From NCBI GenBank assembly GCA_964016885.1, contig OZ024743.1, positions 1,798,001 to 1,862,000 on the forward strand: DNA of 64,000 nucleotides, written 5' to 3'. Both the position numbers and the translations under genes were made by a program. This document shows, one piece after another, positions 15,001-30,000 of the stretch. Below the pieces are notes generated by a model. The model was not told the DNA's origin, ran no database searches, and was given only the letters and a program-made list of their open reading frames with translations. Position 1 is the stretch's first letter, and each line of letters opens with the position of its first letter. The DNA is from Eledone cirrhosa (lineage: Eukaryota).

Positions 15001-18000
15001 GCTTCATTGTGGACACCTAACTTCGGTAGTGGACACTCAGCTTCATTGTGGACACCTAACCTCGGTAGTAGACACTTAGCTTCATTGTGGACACCTAGGT
15101 TCGGTAGTGGACGCTTAACTTCATTGCGGACACCTAACTTCGGTAGTGGACACTTAGCTTCATTGCGGACACCTAACTTCGGTAGTGGACACTTAGCTTC
15201 ATTGCGGACACCTAACTTCGGTAGTGGACACTTAGCTTCATTGCGGACACCTAACTTCGGTAGTGGACACTTAGCTTCATTGCGGACACCTAACTTAGGT
15301 AGTGGACACTCAGCTTCATTACGGACACCTAACTTCGGTAGTGGACACTTAGCTTCATTACGGACACCTTATTTCGGTAGTGGACACTTAGCTTCATTGC
15401 GGACACCTAACTTCGGTAGTGGACACTCAGCTTCATTGTGGACACCTAACTTCGGTAATGGACACTTAGCTTCATTACGGACACCTAACTTCGGTAGTGG
15501 AAACTTAGCTTCATTGCGGACACCTAACTTCGGTAGTGGACACTCAGCTTCATTGTGGAAACCTAACTTCGGTAGTGGACACTCAGCTTCATTGTGGACA
15601 CCTAACTTCGGTAGTGGACACTTAGCTTCATTGCGGACACCTAACTTCGGTAGTGGACACTTAGCTTCATTGCGGACACTTAACTTCGGTAGTGGACACT
15701 CAGCTTCATTGTGGACACCTAACTTCTGTAGTGGACACTTAGCTTCATTGCGGACACCTAACTTCGGTAGTGGACACTCAGCTTCATTGTGGACACCTAA
15801 CTTCGCTAGTGGACACTTAGCTTCATTACGGACACCTAACTTCGGTAGTGGACACTTAGCTTCATTGTGGACACCTAACTTCGTTAGTGGACACTTAGCT
15901 TCATTGTGGACACCTAACTTCGGTAGTGGACACTTAGCTTCATTACGGACACCTAACTTCGGTAGTGGACACTTAGCTTCATTGTGGACACCTAAGTTCG
16001 GTAGCGGACACTTAACTTCATTGCGGACACCAAACTTCGGTAGTGGACACTTAGCTTCATTGTGGACACCTAAGTTCGGTAGTGGACACTTAGCTTCATT
16101 ACGGACACCTTATTTCGGTAGTGGACACTTAGCTTCATTGCGGACACCTAACTTCGGTAGTGGACACTCAGCTTCATTGTGGACACCTAACTTCGGTAGT
16201 GGACACTTAGCTTATTTACGGACATCTAACTTCGGTAGTGGACACTTAGCTTCATTACTGACACCTTATTTCGGTAGTGGACACTTAGCTTCATTGCGGA
16301 CACCTAACTTCGGTAGTTGACACTTAGCTACATTGCGGACACCTAACGTCAGTAGTGGACACTTAGCTTCATTGTGAACACCTAACTTCGGTAGTGGACA
16401 CTTAGCTTCATTGTGGACACCTAAATTCGGTAGTGGACACTTAGCTTCATTACGGACACCTAACGTCAGTAGTGGACACTTAGCTTCATTGTGGACACCT
16501 AACGTCGGTAGTGGACACTTAGCTTCATTGCGGACACCTAACGTCAGTAGTGGACACTTAGCTTCATTGTGGACACCTAACTTCGGTAGTGGACACTTAG
16601 CTTCATTGTGGACACCTAAATTCGGTAGTGGACACTTAGCTTCATTACGGACACCTAACGTCAGTAGTGGACACTTAGCTTCATTGTGGACACCTAACGT
16701 CGGTAGTGGACACTTAGCTTCATTGTGGACACCTAACTTCGGAAATGGACACTTAGCTTCATTACGGACACCTAACTTCGGAAATGGACACTTAGCTTCA
16801 TTGCGGACACCTAACTTCGGAAATGGACACTTAGCTTCATTGCGGACACCTAACTTCGGTAGTGGACACTCAGCTTCATTGTGGACACCTAACTTCGGAA
16901 ATGGACACTTAGCTTCATTGCGGACACCTAACTTCGGTAGTGGACACTTAGCTTCATTGCGGACACCTAACTTCGGTAGTGGACACTTAGCTTCATTGTG
17001 GACACCTAGCTTCGGAAATGGACACTTAGCTTCATTGCGGACACCTAACTTCGGAAATTGACACTTAGCTTCATTGCGGACACCTAACTTCGGTAGTGGA
17101 CACTCAGCTTCATTGTGGACACCTAACTTCGGAAATGGACACTTAGCTTCATTGCGGACACCTAACTTCGGTAGTGGACACTTAGCTTCATTGCGGACAC
17201 CTAACTTCGGTAGTGGACACTTAGCTTCATTGTGGACACCTAACTTCGGTAGTGGACACTTAGCTTCATTGCGGACACCTAACTTCGGTAGTGGACACTT
17301 AGCTTCATTGCGGACACCTAACTTCGGTAGTGGACACTTAGCTTCATTGTGGACACCTAACTTCGGTAGTGGACACTTAGCTTCATTGTGGACACCTAAC
17401 TTCGGTAGTGGACACTTAGCTTCATTGCGGACACCTAACTTCGGTAGTGGACACTTAGCTTCATTACGGAGACCTAACTTCAGTAGTGGACACTTAGCTT
17501 CATTGTGGACACCTAACTTCGGTAGTGGACACTCAGCTTCATTGTGGACACCTAACTTTGGTAGTGGACACTTAGCTTCATTACGGACACCTAACTTCGG
17601 TAGTAGACACTTAGCTTCATTGTGGACACCTAACTTCGGTAGTGGACGCTTAACTTCATTGCGGACACCTAACTTCAGTAGTGGACACTTAGCTTCATTA
17701 CGGACACCTAACTTCGGTAGTGGACACTTAGCTTCATTGTGGACACCTAACTTCGGTAGTGGACACTTAGCTTCATTGTGGACACCTAACTTCGGTAGTG
17801 GACACTTAGCTTCATTACGGACACCTAACTTCGGTAGTGGACACTTAGCTTCATTACGAACACCTTATTTCGGTAGTGGACACTTAGCTTCATTGCGGAC
17901 ACCTAACTTCGGTAGTGGACACTCAGCTTCATTGTGGACACCTAACTTCGGTAATGGACACTTAGCTTCATTGCGGACACCTAACTTCGGTAGTGGACAC

Positions 18001-21000
18001 TTAGCTTCATTGCGGACACTTAACTTCGATAGTGGACACTCAGCTTCATTGTGGACACCTAACTTCGGTAGTGGACACTTAGCTTCATTGCGGACACCTA
18101 ACTTCGGTAGTGGACACTCAGCTTCATTGTGGACACCTAACTTCGCTAGTGGACACTTAGCTTCATTACGGACACCTAACTTCGGTAGTGGACACTTAGC
18201 TTCATTGTGGACACCTAACTTCGGTAGTGGACACTCAGCTTCATTGTGGACACCTAACTTCGGTAGTGGACACTTAGCTTCATTACGGACACCTAACTTC
18301 GGTAGTGGACATTTAGCTTCATTACGGACACCTTATTTCGGTAGTGGACACTTAGCTTCATTGCGGACACCTAACTTCGGTAGTGGACACTCAGCTTCAT
18401 TGTGGACACCTAACTTCGGAAATGGACACTTAGCTTCATTGCGGACACCTAACTTCGGTAGTGGACACTCAGCTTCATTGTGGACACCTGACTTCGGTAG
18501 TGGACACTTAGCTTCATTGCGGACACCTAACTTCGGTAGTGGACACTTAGCTTCATTGCGGACACCTAACTTCGGTAGTGGACACTCAGCTTCATTGGGG
18601 ACACCTAACTTCGGTAGTGGACACTTAGCTTCATTGCGGACACCTAACTTCGGTAGTGGACACTCAGCTTCATTGTGGACACCTAACTTCGGTAGTGGAC
18701 ACTCAGCTTCATTGTGGACACCTAACCTCGGTAGTAGACACTTAGCTTCATTGTGGACACCTAGGTTCGGTAGTGGACGCTTAACTTCATTGCGGACACC
18801 TAACTTCGGTAGTGGACACTTAGCTTCATTGCGGACACCTAACTTCGGTAGTGAACACTTAGCTTCATTGCGGACACCTAACTTCGGTAGTGGACACTTA
18901 GCTTCATTGCGGACACCTAACTTCGGTAGTGGACACTTAGCTTCATTGCGGACACCTAACTTAGGTAGTGGTCACTCAGCTTCATTGTGGACACCTAACT
19001 TCGGTAATGGACACTTAGCTTCATTACGGACACCTAACTTCGGTAGTGGACACTTAGCTTCATTACGGACACCTTATTTCGGTAGTGGACACTTAGCTTC
19101 ATTGCGGACACCTAACTTAGGTAGTGGACACTCAGCTTCATTGTGGACACCTAACTTCGGTAATGGACACTTAGCTTCATTACGGACACCTAACTTCGGT
19201 AGTGGACACTTAGCTTCATTACGGACACCTTATTTCGGTAGTGGACACTTAGCTTCATTGCGGACACCTAACTTCGGTAGTGGACACTCAGCTTCATTGT
19301 GGACACCTAACTTCGGTAATGGACACTTAGCTTCATTGCGGACACATAACTTCGGTAGTGGACACTCAGCTTCATTGTGGACACCTAACTTCGGTAGTGG
19401 ACACTTAGCTTCATTGCGGACACCTAACTTCGGTAGTGGACACTTAGCTTCATTGCGGACACCTAACTTCGGTAGTGGACACTCAGCTTCATTGTGGACA
19501 CCTAACTTCGGTAGTGGACACTCAGCTTCATTGTGGACACCTAACTTCGGTAGTGGACACTTAGCTTCATTGCGGACACCTAACTTCGGTAGTGGACACT
19601 TAGCTTCATTACGGACACCTAACTTCAGTAGTGGACACTTAGCTTCATTACGGACACCTAACTTCGGTAGTGGACACTCAGCTTCATTGCGGACACCTAA
19701 CTTCGGTAGTGGACATTTAGCTTCGTTGTGGACACCTAACTTCGGTAGTGGACACTTAGCTTCATTGTGGACACCTAACTTCGGTAGTGGACACTTAGCT
19801 TCATTGTGGACACCTAACTTCGGTAGTGGACACTTAGCTTCATTGTGGACATCTAATTTCGGTAGTGGACACTTAGCTTCATTGTGGACACCTAACTTCG
19901 GTAGTGGACACTCAGCTTCATTGTGGACACCTAACTTCGGCAGTGGACACTTAGCTTCATTGCGGACACCTAACTTCGGTAGTCGACACTCAGCTTCATT
20001 GTGGACACCTAACTTCGGTAGTGGACACTTAGCTTCATTACGGACACCTAACTTCAGTAGTGGACACTTAGCTTCATTGTGGACACATAACTTCGGTAGT
20101 GGACACTTAGCTTCATTGTGGACACCTAACTTCGGTAGTGGACACTTAGCTTCATTGTGGACACCTAACTTCGGTAGTGGACACTTAGCTTCATTGTGGA
20201 CACCTAACTTCGGTAGTGGACACTTAGCTTCATTACGGACACCTAACTTCTGTAGTGGACACTCAGCTTCATTGTGGACACCTAACTTCGGTAGTGGACA
20301 CTTAGCTTCATTGCGGACACCTAACGTCAGTAGTGGACACTTAGCTTCATTGTGGACACCTAACTTCGGTAGTGCACACTTAGCTTCATTGTGGACACCT
20401 AACTTCGGTAGTGGACACTTAGCTTCATTACGGACACCTAACGTCAGTAGTGGACACTTAGCTTCATTGTGGACACCTAACGTCGGTAGTGGACACTTAG
20501 CTTCATTGTGGACACCTAACTTCGGAAATGGACACTTAGCTTCATTGCGGACACCTAACTTCGGAAATGGACACTTAGCTTCATTGCGGACACCTAACTT
20601 CGGAAATGGACACTTAGCTTCATTGCGGACACCTAACTTCGGTAGTGGACACTCAGCTTCATTGTGGACACCTAACTTCGGAAATGGACACTTAGGTTCA
20701 TTGCGGACACCTAACTTCGGTAGTGGACACTTAGCTTCATTGCGGACACCTAACTTCGGTAGTGGACACTTAGCTTCATTGTGGACACCTAGCTTCGGAA
20801 ATGGCCACTTAGCTTCATTGCGGACACCTAACTTCGGAAATGGACACTTAGCTTCATTGTGGACACCTAACTTCGGTAGTGGACACTCAGCTTCATTGTG
20901 GACACCTAACTTCGGTAGTGGACACTTAGCTTCATTGTGGACACCTAACTTCGGTAGTGGACACTTAGCTTCATTGCGGACACCTAACTTCGGTAGTGGA

Positions 21001-24000
21001 CACTTAGCTTCATTACGGAGACCTAACTTCAGTAGTGGACACTTAGCTTCATTGTGGACACCTAACTTCGGTAATGGACACTTAGCTTCATTGCGGACAC
21101 CTAACTTCGGTAGTGGACACCTAGCTTCATTGCGGACACCTAACTTCGGTAGTGGACACTCAGCTTCATTGTGGACACCTAACTTTGGTAGTGGACACTT
21201 AGCTTCATTACGGACACCTAACTTCGGTAGTAGACCCTTAGCTTCATTGTGGACACCTAACTTCGGTAGTGGACGCTTAACTTCATTGCGGACACCTAAC
21301 TTCAGTAGTGGACACTTAGCTTCATTACGGACACCTAACTTCGGTAGTGGACACTTAGCTTCATTGTGGACACCTAACTTCGGTAGTGGACACTTAGCTT
21401 CATTGTGGACACCTAACTTCGGTAGTGGACACTTAGCTTCATTACGGACACCTAACTTCGGTAGTGGACACTTAGCTTCATTACGAACACCTTATTTCGG
21501 TAGTGGACACTTAGCTTCATTGCGGACACCTAACTTCGGTAGTGGACACTCAGCTTCATTGTGGACACCTAACTTTGGTAGTGGACACTTAGCTTCATTG
21601 TGGACACCTAACTTCGGTAGTGGAAACTTGGCTTCATTGCGGACACCTAACTTCGGTAGTGGACACTCAGCTTCATTGTGGACACCTAACTTCGGTAGTG
21701 GACACTCAGCTTCATTGTGGACACCTAACTTCGGTAGTGGACACTTAGCTTCATTGCGGACACCTAACTTCGGTAGTGGACACTTGGCTTCATTGCGGAC
21801 ACCTAACTTCGGTAGTGGACACTTAGCTTCATTGCGGACACCTAACTTCGGTAGTGGACACTCAGCTTCATTGTGGACACCTAACTTTGGTAGTGGACAC
21901 TTAGCTTCATTGTGGACACCTAACTTCGGTAGTGGAAACTTGGCTTCATTGCGGACACCTAACTTCGGTAGTGGACACTCAGCTTCATTGTGGACACCTA
22001 ACTTCGGTAGTGGACACTCAGCTTCATTGTGGACACCTAACTTCGGTAGTGGACACTTAGCTTCATTGCGGACACCTAACTTCGGTAGTGGACACTTAGC
22101 TTCATTGCGGACGCTTAACTTCGATAGTGGACACTCAGCTTCATTGCGGACACCTAACTTCGGTAGTGGACACTTAGCTTCATTGCGGACACCTAACTTC
22201 GGTAGTGGACACTTAGCTTCATTACGGACACCTAACTTCAGTAGTGGACACTTAGCTTCATTACGGACACCTAACTTCGGTAGTGGACACTCAGCTTCAT
22301 TGCGGACATCTAACTTCGGTAGTGGACATTTAGCTTCGTTTTGGACACCTAACTTCGGTAGTGGACACTTAGCTTCATTGTGGACACCTAACTTCGGTAG
22401 TGGACACTTAGCTTCATTGTGGACACCTAACTTCGGTAGTGGACACTTAGCTTCATTGTGGACACCTAATTTCGGTAGTGGACACTTAGCTTCATTGTGG
22501 ACACCTAACTTCGGTAGTGGACACTCAGCTTCATTGTGGACACCTAACTTTGGTAGTGGACACTTAGCTTCATTGTGGACACCTAACTTCGGTAGTGGAA
22601 ACTTGGCTTCATTGCGGACACCTAACTTCGGTAGTGGACACTCAGCTTCATTGTGGACACCTAACTTCGGTAGTGGACACTTAGCTTCATTGCGGACACC
22701 TAACTTCGGTAGTGGACACTTAGCTTCATTGCGGACACTTAACTTCGATAGTGGACACTCAGCTTCATTGTGGACACCTAACTTCGGGAGTGGACACTTA
22801 GCTTCATTACGGAAACCTAACTTCGGTAGTGGACACTCAGCTTCATTGTGGACACCTAACTTCGCTAGTGGACACTTAGCTTCATTACGGACACCTAACT
22901 TCGGTAGTGGACACTTAGCTTCATTGTGGACACCTAACTTCGGTAGTGGACACTCAGCTTCATTGTGGACACCTAACTTCGGTAGTGGACACTTAGCTTC
23001 ATTACGGACACCTAACTTCGGTAGTGGACATTTAGCTTCATTACGGACACCTTATTTCGGTAGTGGACACTTAGCTTCATTGCGGACACCTAACTTCGGT
23101 AGTGGACACTCAGCTTCATTGTGGACACCTAACTTCGGAAATGGACACTTAGCTTCATTGCGGACACCTAACTTCGGTAGTGGACACTCAGCTTCATTGT
23201 GGACACCTGACTTCGGTAGTGGACACTTAGCTTCATTGCGGACACCTAACTTCGGTAGTGGACACTTAGCTTCATTGCGGACACCTAACTTCGGTAGTGG
23301 ACACTCAGCTTCATTGGGGACACCTAACTTCGGTAGTGGACACTTAGCTTCATTGCGGACACCTAACTTCGGTAGTGGACACTCAGCTTCATTGTGGACA
23401 CCTAACTTCGGTAGTGGACACTCAGCTTCATTGTGGACACCTAACCTCGGTAGTAGACACTTAGCTTCATTGTGGACACCTAGGTTCGGTAGTGGACGCT
23501 TAACTTCATTGCGGACACCTAACTTCGGTAGTGGACACTTAGCTTCATTGCGGACACCTAACTTCGGTAGTGGACACTTAGCTTCATTGCGGACACCTAA
23601 CTTCGGTAGTGGACACTTAGCTTCATTGCGGACACCTAACTTAGGTAGTGGTCACTCAGCTTCATTGTGGACACCTAACTTCGGTAATGGACACTTAGCT
23701 TCATTACGGACACCTAACTTCGGTAGTGGACACTTAGCTTCATTACGGACACCTTATTTCGGTAGTGGACACTTAGCTTCATTGCGGACACCTAACTTAG
23801 GTAGTGGACACTCAGCTTCATTGTGGACACCTAACTTCGGTAATGGAAACTTAGCTTCATTACGGACACCTAACTTCGGTAGTGGACACTTAGCTTCATT
23901 ACGGACACCTTATTTCGGTAGTGGACACTTAGCTTCATTGCGGACACCTAACTTCGGTAGTGGACACTCAGCTTCATTGTGGACACCTAACTTCGGTAAT

Positions 24001-27000
24001 GGACACTTAGCTTCATTGCGGACACATAACTTCGGTAGTGGACACTCAGCTTCATTGTGGACACCTAACTTCGGTAGTGGACACTTAGCTTCATTGCGGA
24101 CACCTAACTTCGGTAGTGGACACTTAGCTTCATTGCGGACACCTAACTTCGGTAGTGGACACTCAGCTTCATTGTGGACACCTAACTTTGGTAGTGGACA
24201 CTTAGCTTCATTGTGGACACCTAACTTCGGTAGTGGAAACTTAGCTTCATTGCGGACACCTAACTTCGGTAGTCGACACTCAGCTTCATTGTGGAAACCT
24301 AACTTCGGTAGTGGACACTCAGCTTCATTGTGGACACCTAACTTCGGTAGTGGACACTTAGCTTCATTGCGGACACCTAACTTCGGTAGTGGACACTTAG
24401 CTTCATTACGGACACCTAACTTCAGTAGTGGACACTTAGCTTCATTACGGACACCTAACTTCGGTAGTGGACACTCAGCTTCATTGCGGACACCTAACTT
24501 CGGTAGTGGACATTTAGCTTCGTTGTGGACACCTAACTTCGGTAGTGGACACTTAGCTTCATTGTGGACACCTAACTTCGGTAGTGGACACTTAGCTTCA
24601 TTGTGGACACCTAACTTCGGTAGTGGACACTTAGCTTCATTGTGGACATCTAATTTCGGTAGTGGACACTTAGCTTCATTGTGGACACCTAACTTCGGTA
24701 GTGGACACTCAGCTTCATTGTGGACACCTAACTTCGGCAGTGGACACTTAGCTTCATTGCGGACACCTAACTTCGGTAGTGGACACTCAGCTTCATTGTG
24801 GACACCTAACTTCGGTAGTGGACACTTAGCTTCATTACGGACACCTAACTTCAGTAGTGGACACTTAGCTTCATTGTGGACACATAACTTCGGTAGTGGA
24901 CACTTAGCTTCATTGTGGACACCTAACTTCGGTAGTGGACACTTAGCTTCATTGTGGACACCTAACTTCGGTAGTGGACACTTAGCTTCATTGTGGACAC
25001 CTAACTTCGGTAGTGGACACTTAGCTTCATTACGGACACCTAACTTCGGTAGTGGACACTCAGCTTCATTGTGGACACCTAACTTCGGTAGTGGACACTT
25101 AGCTTCATTGCGGACACCTAACGTCAGTAGTGGACACTTAGCTTCATTGTGGACACCTAACTTCGGTAGTGCACACTTAGCTTCATTGTGGACACCTAAC
25201 TTCGGTAGTGGACACTTAGCTTCATTACGGACACCTAACGTCAGTAGTGGACACTTAGCTTCATTGTGGACACCTAACGTCGGTAGTGGACACTTAGCTT
25301 CATTGTGGACACCTAACTTCGGAAATGGACACTTAGCTTCATTGCGGACACCTAACTTCGGAAATGGACACTTAGCTTCATTGCGGACACCTAACTTCGG
25401 AAATGGACACTTAGCTTCATTGCGGACACCTAACTTCGGTAGTGGACACTCAGCTTCATTGTGGACACCTAACTTCGGAAATGGACACTTAGGTTCATTG
25501 CGGACACCTAACTTCGGTAGTGGACACTTAGCTTCATTGCGGACACCTAACTTCGGTAGTGGACACTTAGCTTCATTGTGGACACCTAGCTTCGGAAATG
25601 GCCACTTAGCTTCATTGCGGACACCTAACTTCGGAAATGGACACTTAGCTTCATTGCGGACACCTAACTTCGGTAGTGGACACTCAGCTTCATTGTGGAC
25701 ACCTAACTTCGGTAGTGGACACTTAGCTTCATTGTGGACACCTAACTTCGGTAGTGGACACTTAGCTTCATTGCGGACACCTAACTTCGGTAGTGGACAC
25801 TTAGCTTCATTACGGAGACCTAACTTCAGTAGTGGACACTTAGCTTCATTGTGGACACCTAACTTCGGTAATGGACACTTAGCTTCATTGCGGACACCTA
25901 ACTTCGGTAGTGGACACCTAGCTTCATTGCGGACACCTAACTTCGGTAGTGGACACTCAGCTTCATTGTGGACACCTAACTTTGGTAGTGGACACTTAGC
26001 TTCATTACGGACACCTAACTTCGGTAGTAGACCCTTAGCTTCATTGTGGACACCTAACTTCGGTAGTGGACGCTTAACTTCATTGCGGACACCTAACTTC
26101 AGTAGTGGACACTTAGCTTCATTACGGACACCTAACTTCGGTAGTGGACACTTAGCTTCATTGTGGACACCTAACTTCGGTAGTGGACACTTAGCTTCAT
26201 TGTGGACACCTAACTTCGGTAGTGGACACTTAGCTTCATTACGGACACCTAACTTCGGTAGTGGACACTTAGCTTCATTACGAACACCTTATTTCGGTAG
26301 TGGACACTTAGCTTCATTGCGGACACCTAACTTCGGTAGTGGACACTCAGCTTCATTGTGGACACCTAACTTCGGTAATGGACACTTAGCTTCATTGCGG
26401 ACACCTAACTTAGGTAGTGGACACTCAGCTTCATTGTGGACACCTAACTTCGGTAGTGGACACTTAGCTTCATTGCGGACACCTAACTTCGGTAGTGGAC
26501 ACTTAGCTTCATTGCGGACACCTAACTTCGGTAGTGGACACTCAGCTTCATTGTGGACACCTAACTTTGGTAGTGGACACTTAGCTTCATTGTGGACACC
26601 TAACTTCGGTAGTGGAAACTTGGCTTCATTGCGGACACCTAACTTCGGTAGTGGACACTCAGCTTCATTGTGGACACCTAACTTCGGTAGTGGACACTCA
26701 GCTTCATTGTGGACACCTAACTTCGGTAGTGGACACTTAGCTTCATTGCGGACACCTAACTTCGGTAGTGGACACTTAGCTTCATTGCGGACACTTAACT
26801 TCGATAGTGGACACTCAGCTTCATTGCGGACACCTAACTTCGGTAGTGGACACTTAGCTTCATTGCGGACACCTAACTTCGGTAGTGGACACTTAGCTTC
26901 ATTACGGACACCTAACTTCAGTAGTGGACACTTAGCTTCATTACGGACACCTAACTTCGGTAGTGGACACTCAGCTTCATTGCGGACATCTAACTTCGGT

Positions 27001-30000
27001 AGTGGACATTTAGCTTCGTTGTGGACACCTAACTTCGGTAGTGGACACTTAGCTTCATTGTGGACACCTAACTTCGGTAGTGGACACTTAGCTTCATTAC
27101 GGACACCTAACTTCGGTAGTGGACACTTAGCTTCATTGCGGACACCTAACTTCGGTAGTGGACACTTAGCTTCATTGTGGACACCTAACTTCGGTAGTGG
27201 ACACATAGCTTCATTATGGACACCTAACTTCGGTAGTGGACACTTAGCTTCATTGCGGACACCTAACTTCGGTAGTGGACACTTAGCTTCATTGCGGACA
27301 CCTAACTTCGGTAGTGGACACTTAGCTTCATTGCGGACACCTAACTTCGGTAGTAGACACTTAGCTTCATTACGGACACCTAACTTCGGTAGTGGACACT
27401 TAGCTTCATTACGGACACCTAACTTCAGTAGTGGACACTTAGTTTCATTGTGGACACCTAACTTCGGTAGTGGACACTTAGCTTCATTGCGGACACCTAA
27501 CTTCGGTAGTGGACACTTAGCTTCATTACGGACACCTAACTTCGGTAGTGGACACTTAGCTTCATTACGGACACCTAACTTCGGTAGTGGACACTTAGCT
27601 TCATTGTGGACACCTAACTTCGGTAGTGGACACTTAGCTTCATTGTGGACACCTAACTTTGGTAGTGGACACTTAGCTTCATTGCGGACACCTAACTTCG
27701 GTAGTGGACACTTAGTTTCACTGTGGACACCTAACTTCGGTAGTGGACACTTAGCTTCATTACGGACACCTTACTTCGGTATTGGACACTTAGCTTCATT
27801 GTGGACACCTAACTTTGTAGTGGACACTTATCTTCATTGTTGACACCTAACTTCGGTAGTGGACACTTAGCTTCATTGCGGACACCTTACTTCGGTAGTG
27901 GACACTTAGCTTCATTGCGGACACCAAACTTGGGTAGTGGACACTCAGCTTCATTGCGGACACCTAACTTCGGTAGTGGATACTTAGCTTCATTACGGAC
28001 ACCTAACTTAGGTAGTGGACACTTAGCTTCATTGTGGACACCTAACTTCGGTAGTGGACACTTAGCTTCATTGTGGACACCTAACTTCGGTAGTGGACAC
28101 TTAGCTTCATTGCGGACACCTAACTTCGGTAGTGGACACTTAGCTTCATTGTGGACACCTAACTTCGGTAGTGGACACTTAGCTTCATTGTGGACACCTT
28201 ACTTCGGTAGTGGACACTTAGCTTCATTGTGGACACCTAACTTCGGTAGTGGACACTTAGCTTCATTACGGACACCTAACTTCGGTAGTGGACACTCAGC
28301 TTCATTGCGGACACCTAACTTCGGTATTGGACACTTAGCTTCATTGCGGACACCTAACTTCGGTAGTGGACACTTAGCTTCATTGCGGACACCTAACTTC
28401 GGTAGTGGACACTTAGCTTCATTGCGGACACCTAACTTCGGTAGTGGACACTTAGCTTCATTGTGGACACCTAACTTCGGTAGTGGACACTTAGCTTCAT
28501 TACGGACACCTAACTTCGGTAGTGGACACTTAGCTTCATTGCGGACACCTAACTTCGGTAGTGGACTCTTAGCTTCATTGCGGACACCTAACTTCGGTAG
28601 TGGACACTTAGCTTCATTGCGGACACCTAACTTCGGTAGTGGACACTTAGCTTCATTGCGGACACCTAACTTCGGTAGTGGACACTTAGCTTCATTACGG
28701 ACACCTAACTTCGGTAGTGGACACTTAGCTTCATTGCGGACACCTAACTTCGGTAGTGGACACTTAGCTTCATTGCGGACACCTAACTTCGGTAGTGGAC
28801 ACTTAGCTTCATTGCGGACACCTAACTTCGGTAGTGGACACTTAGCTTCATTACGGACACCTAACTTCAGTAGTGGACACTTAGCTTCATTACGGACACC
28901 TAACTTCAGTAGTGGACACTTAGCTTCATTGCGGACACCTAACTTCGGTAGTGGACACTTATCTTCATTGCGGACACCTAACTTCGGTAGTGGACACTTA
29001 GCTTCATTACGGACACCTAACTTCGGTAGTGGACACTTAGCTTCATTACGGACACCTAACTTCGGTAGTGGACACTTAGCTTCATTGTGGACACCTAACT
29101 TCGGTAGTGGACACTTAGCTTCATTGTGGACACCTAACTTCGGTAGTGGACACTTAGCTTCATTGTGGACACCTAACTTCGGTAGTGGACACTTAGCTTC
29201 ATTGCGGACACCTAACTTCGGTAGTGGGCACATAGCTTCATTGCGGACACCAAACTTGGGTAGTGGACACTCAGCTTCATTGCGGACACCTAACTTCGGT
29301 AGTGGACACTTAGCTTCATTACGGACAACTTAATTCGGTAGTGGACACTTAGCTTCATTGTGGACACCTAACTTTGTAGTGGACACTTAGCTTCATTGCG
29401 GACACCTAACTTCGGTATTGGACACTTAGCTTCATTGCGGACACCAAACTTCGGTAGTGGACACTCAGCTTCATTGCGGACACCTAACTTTGGTAGTGGA
29501 CACTTAGCTTCATTACGGACACCTAACTTTGGTAGTGGACACTTAGCTTCATTGTAGACACCTAACTTCGTAGGTGGACACTTAGCTTCATTGTGGACAC
29601 CTAACTGCAGTAGTGGACACTTAGCTTCATTGTGGACACCTAACTTCGGTAGTGGACACTTAGCTTAATTAGGGACACCTAACTTCGGTAGTGGACACTT
29701 AGCTTCATTGCGGACACCTAACTTCGGTAGTGGACACTTAGCTTCATTGCGGACACCTAACTTCGGTAGTGGACACTTAGCTTCATTGTGGACTCCTAAC
29801 TTCGGTAGTGGACACTTAGCTTCATTGCGGACACCTAACTTCGGTAGTGGACACTTAGCTTCATTGCGGACACCTAACTTCAGTAGTGGACACTTAACTT
29901 CATTGCGGACACCTAACTTTGTTAGTGGACACTCAGCTTCATTGTGGACACCTAACTTCGGTAGTGGACACTTAGCTTCATTGTGGACACCTAACTTTGT

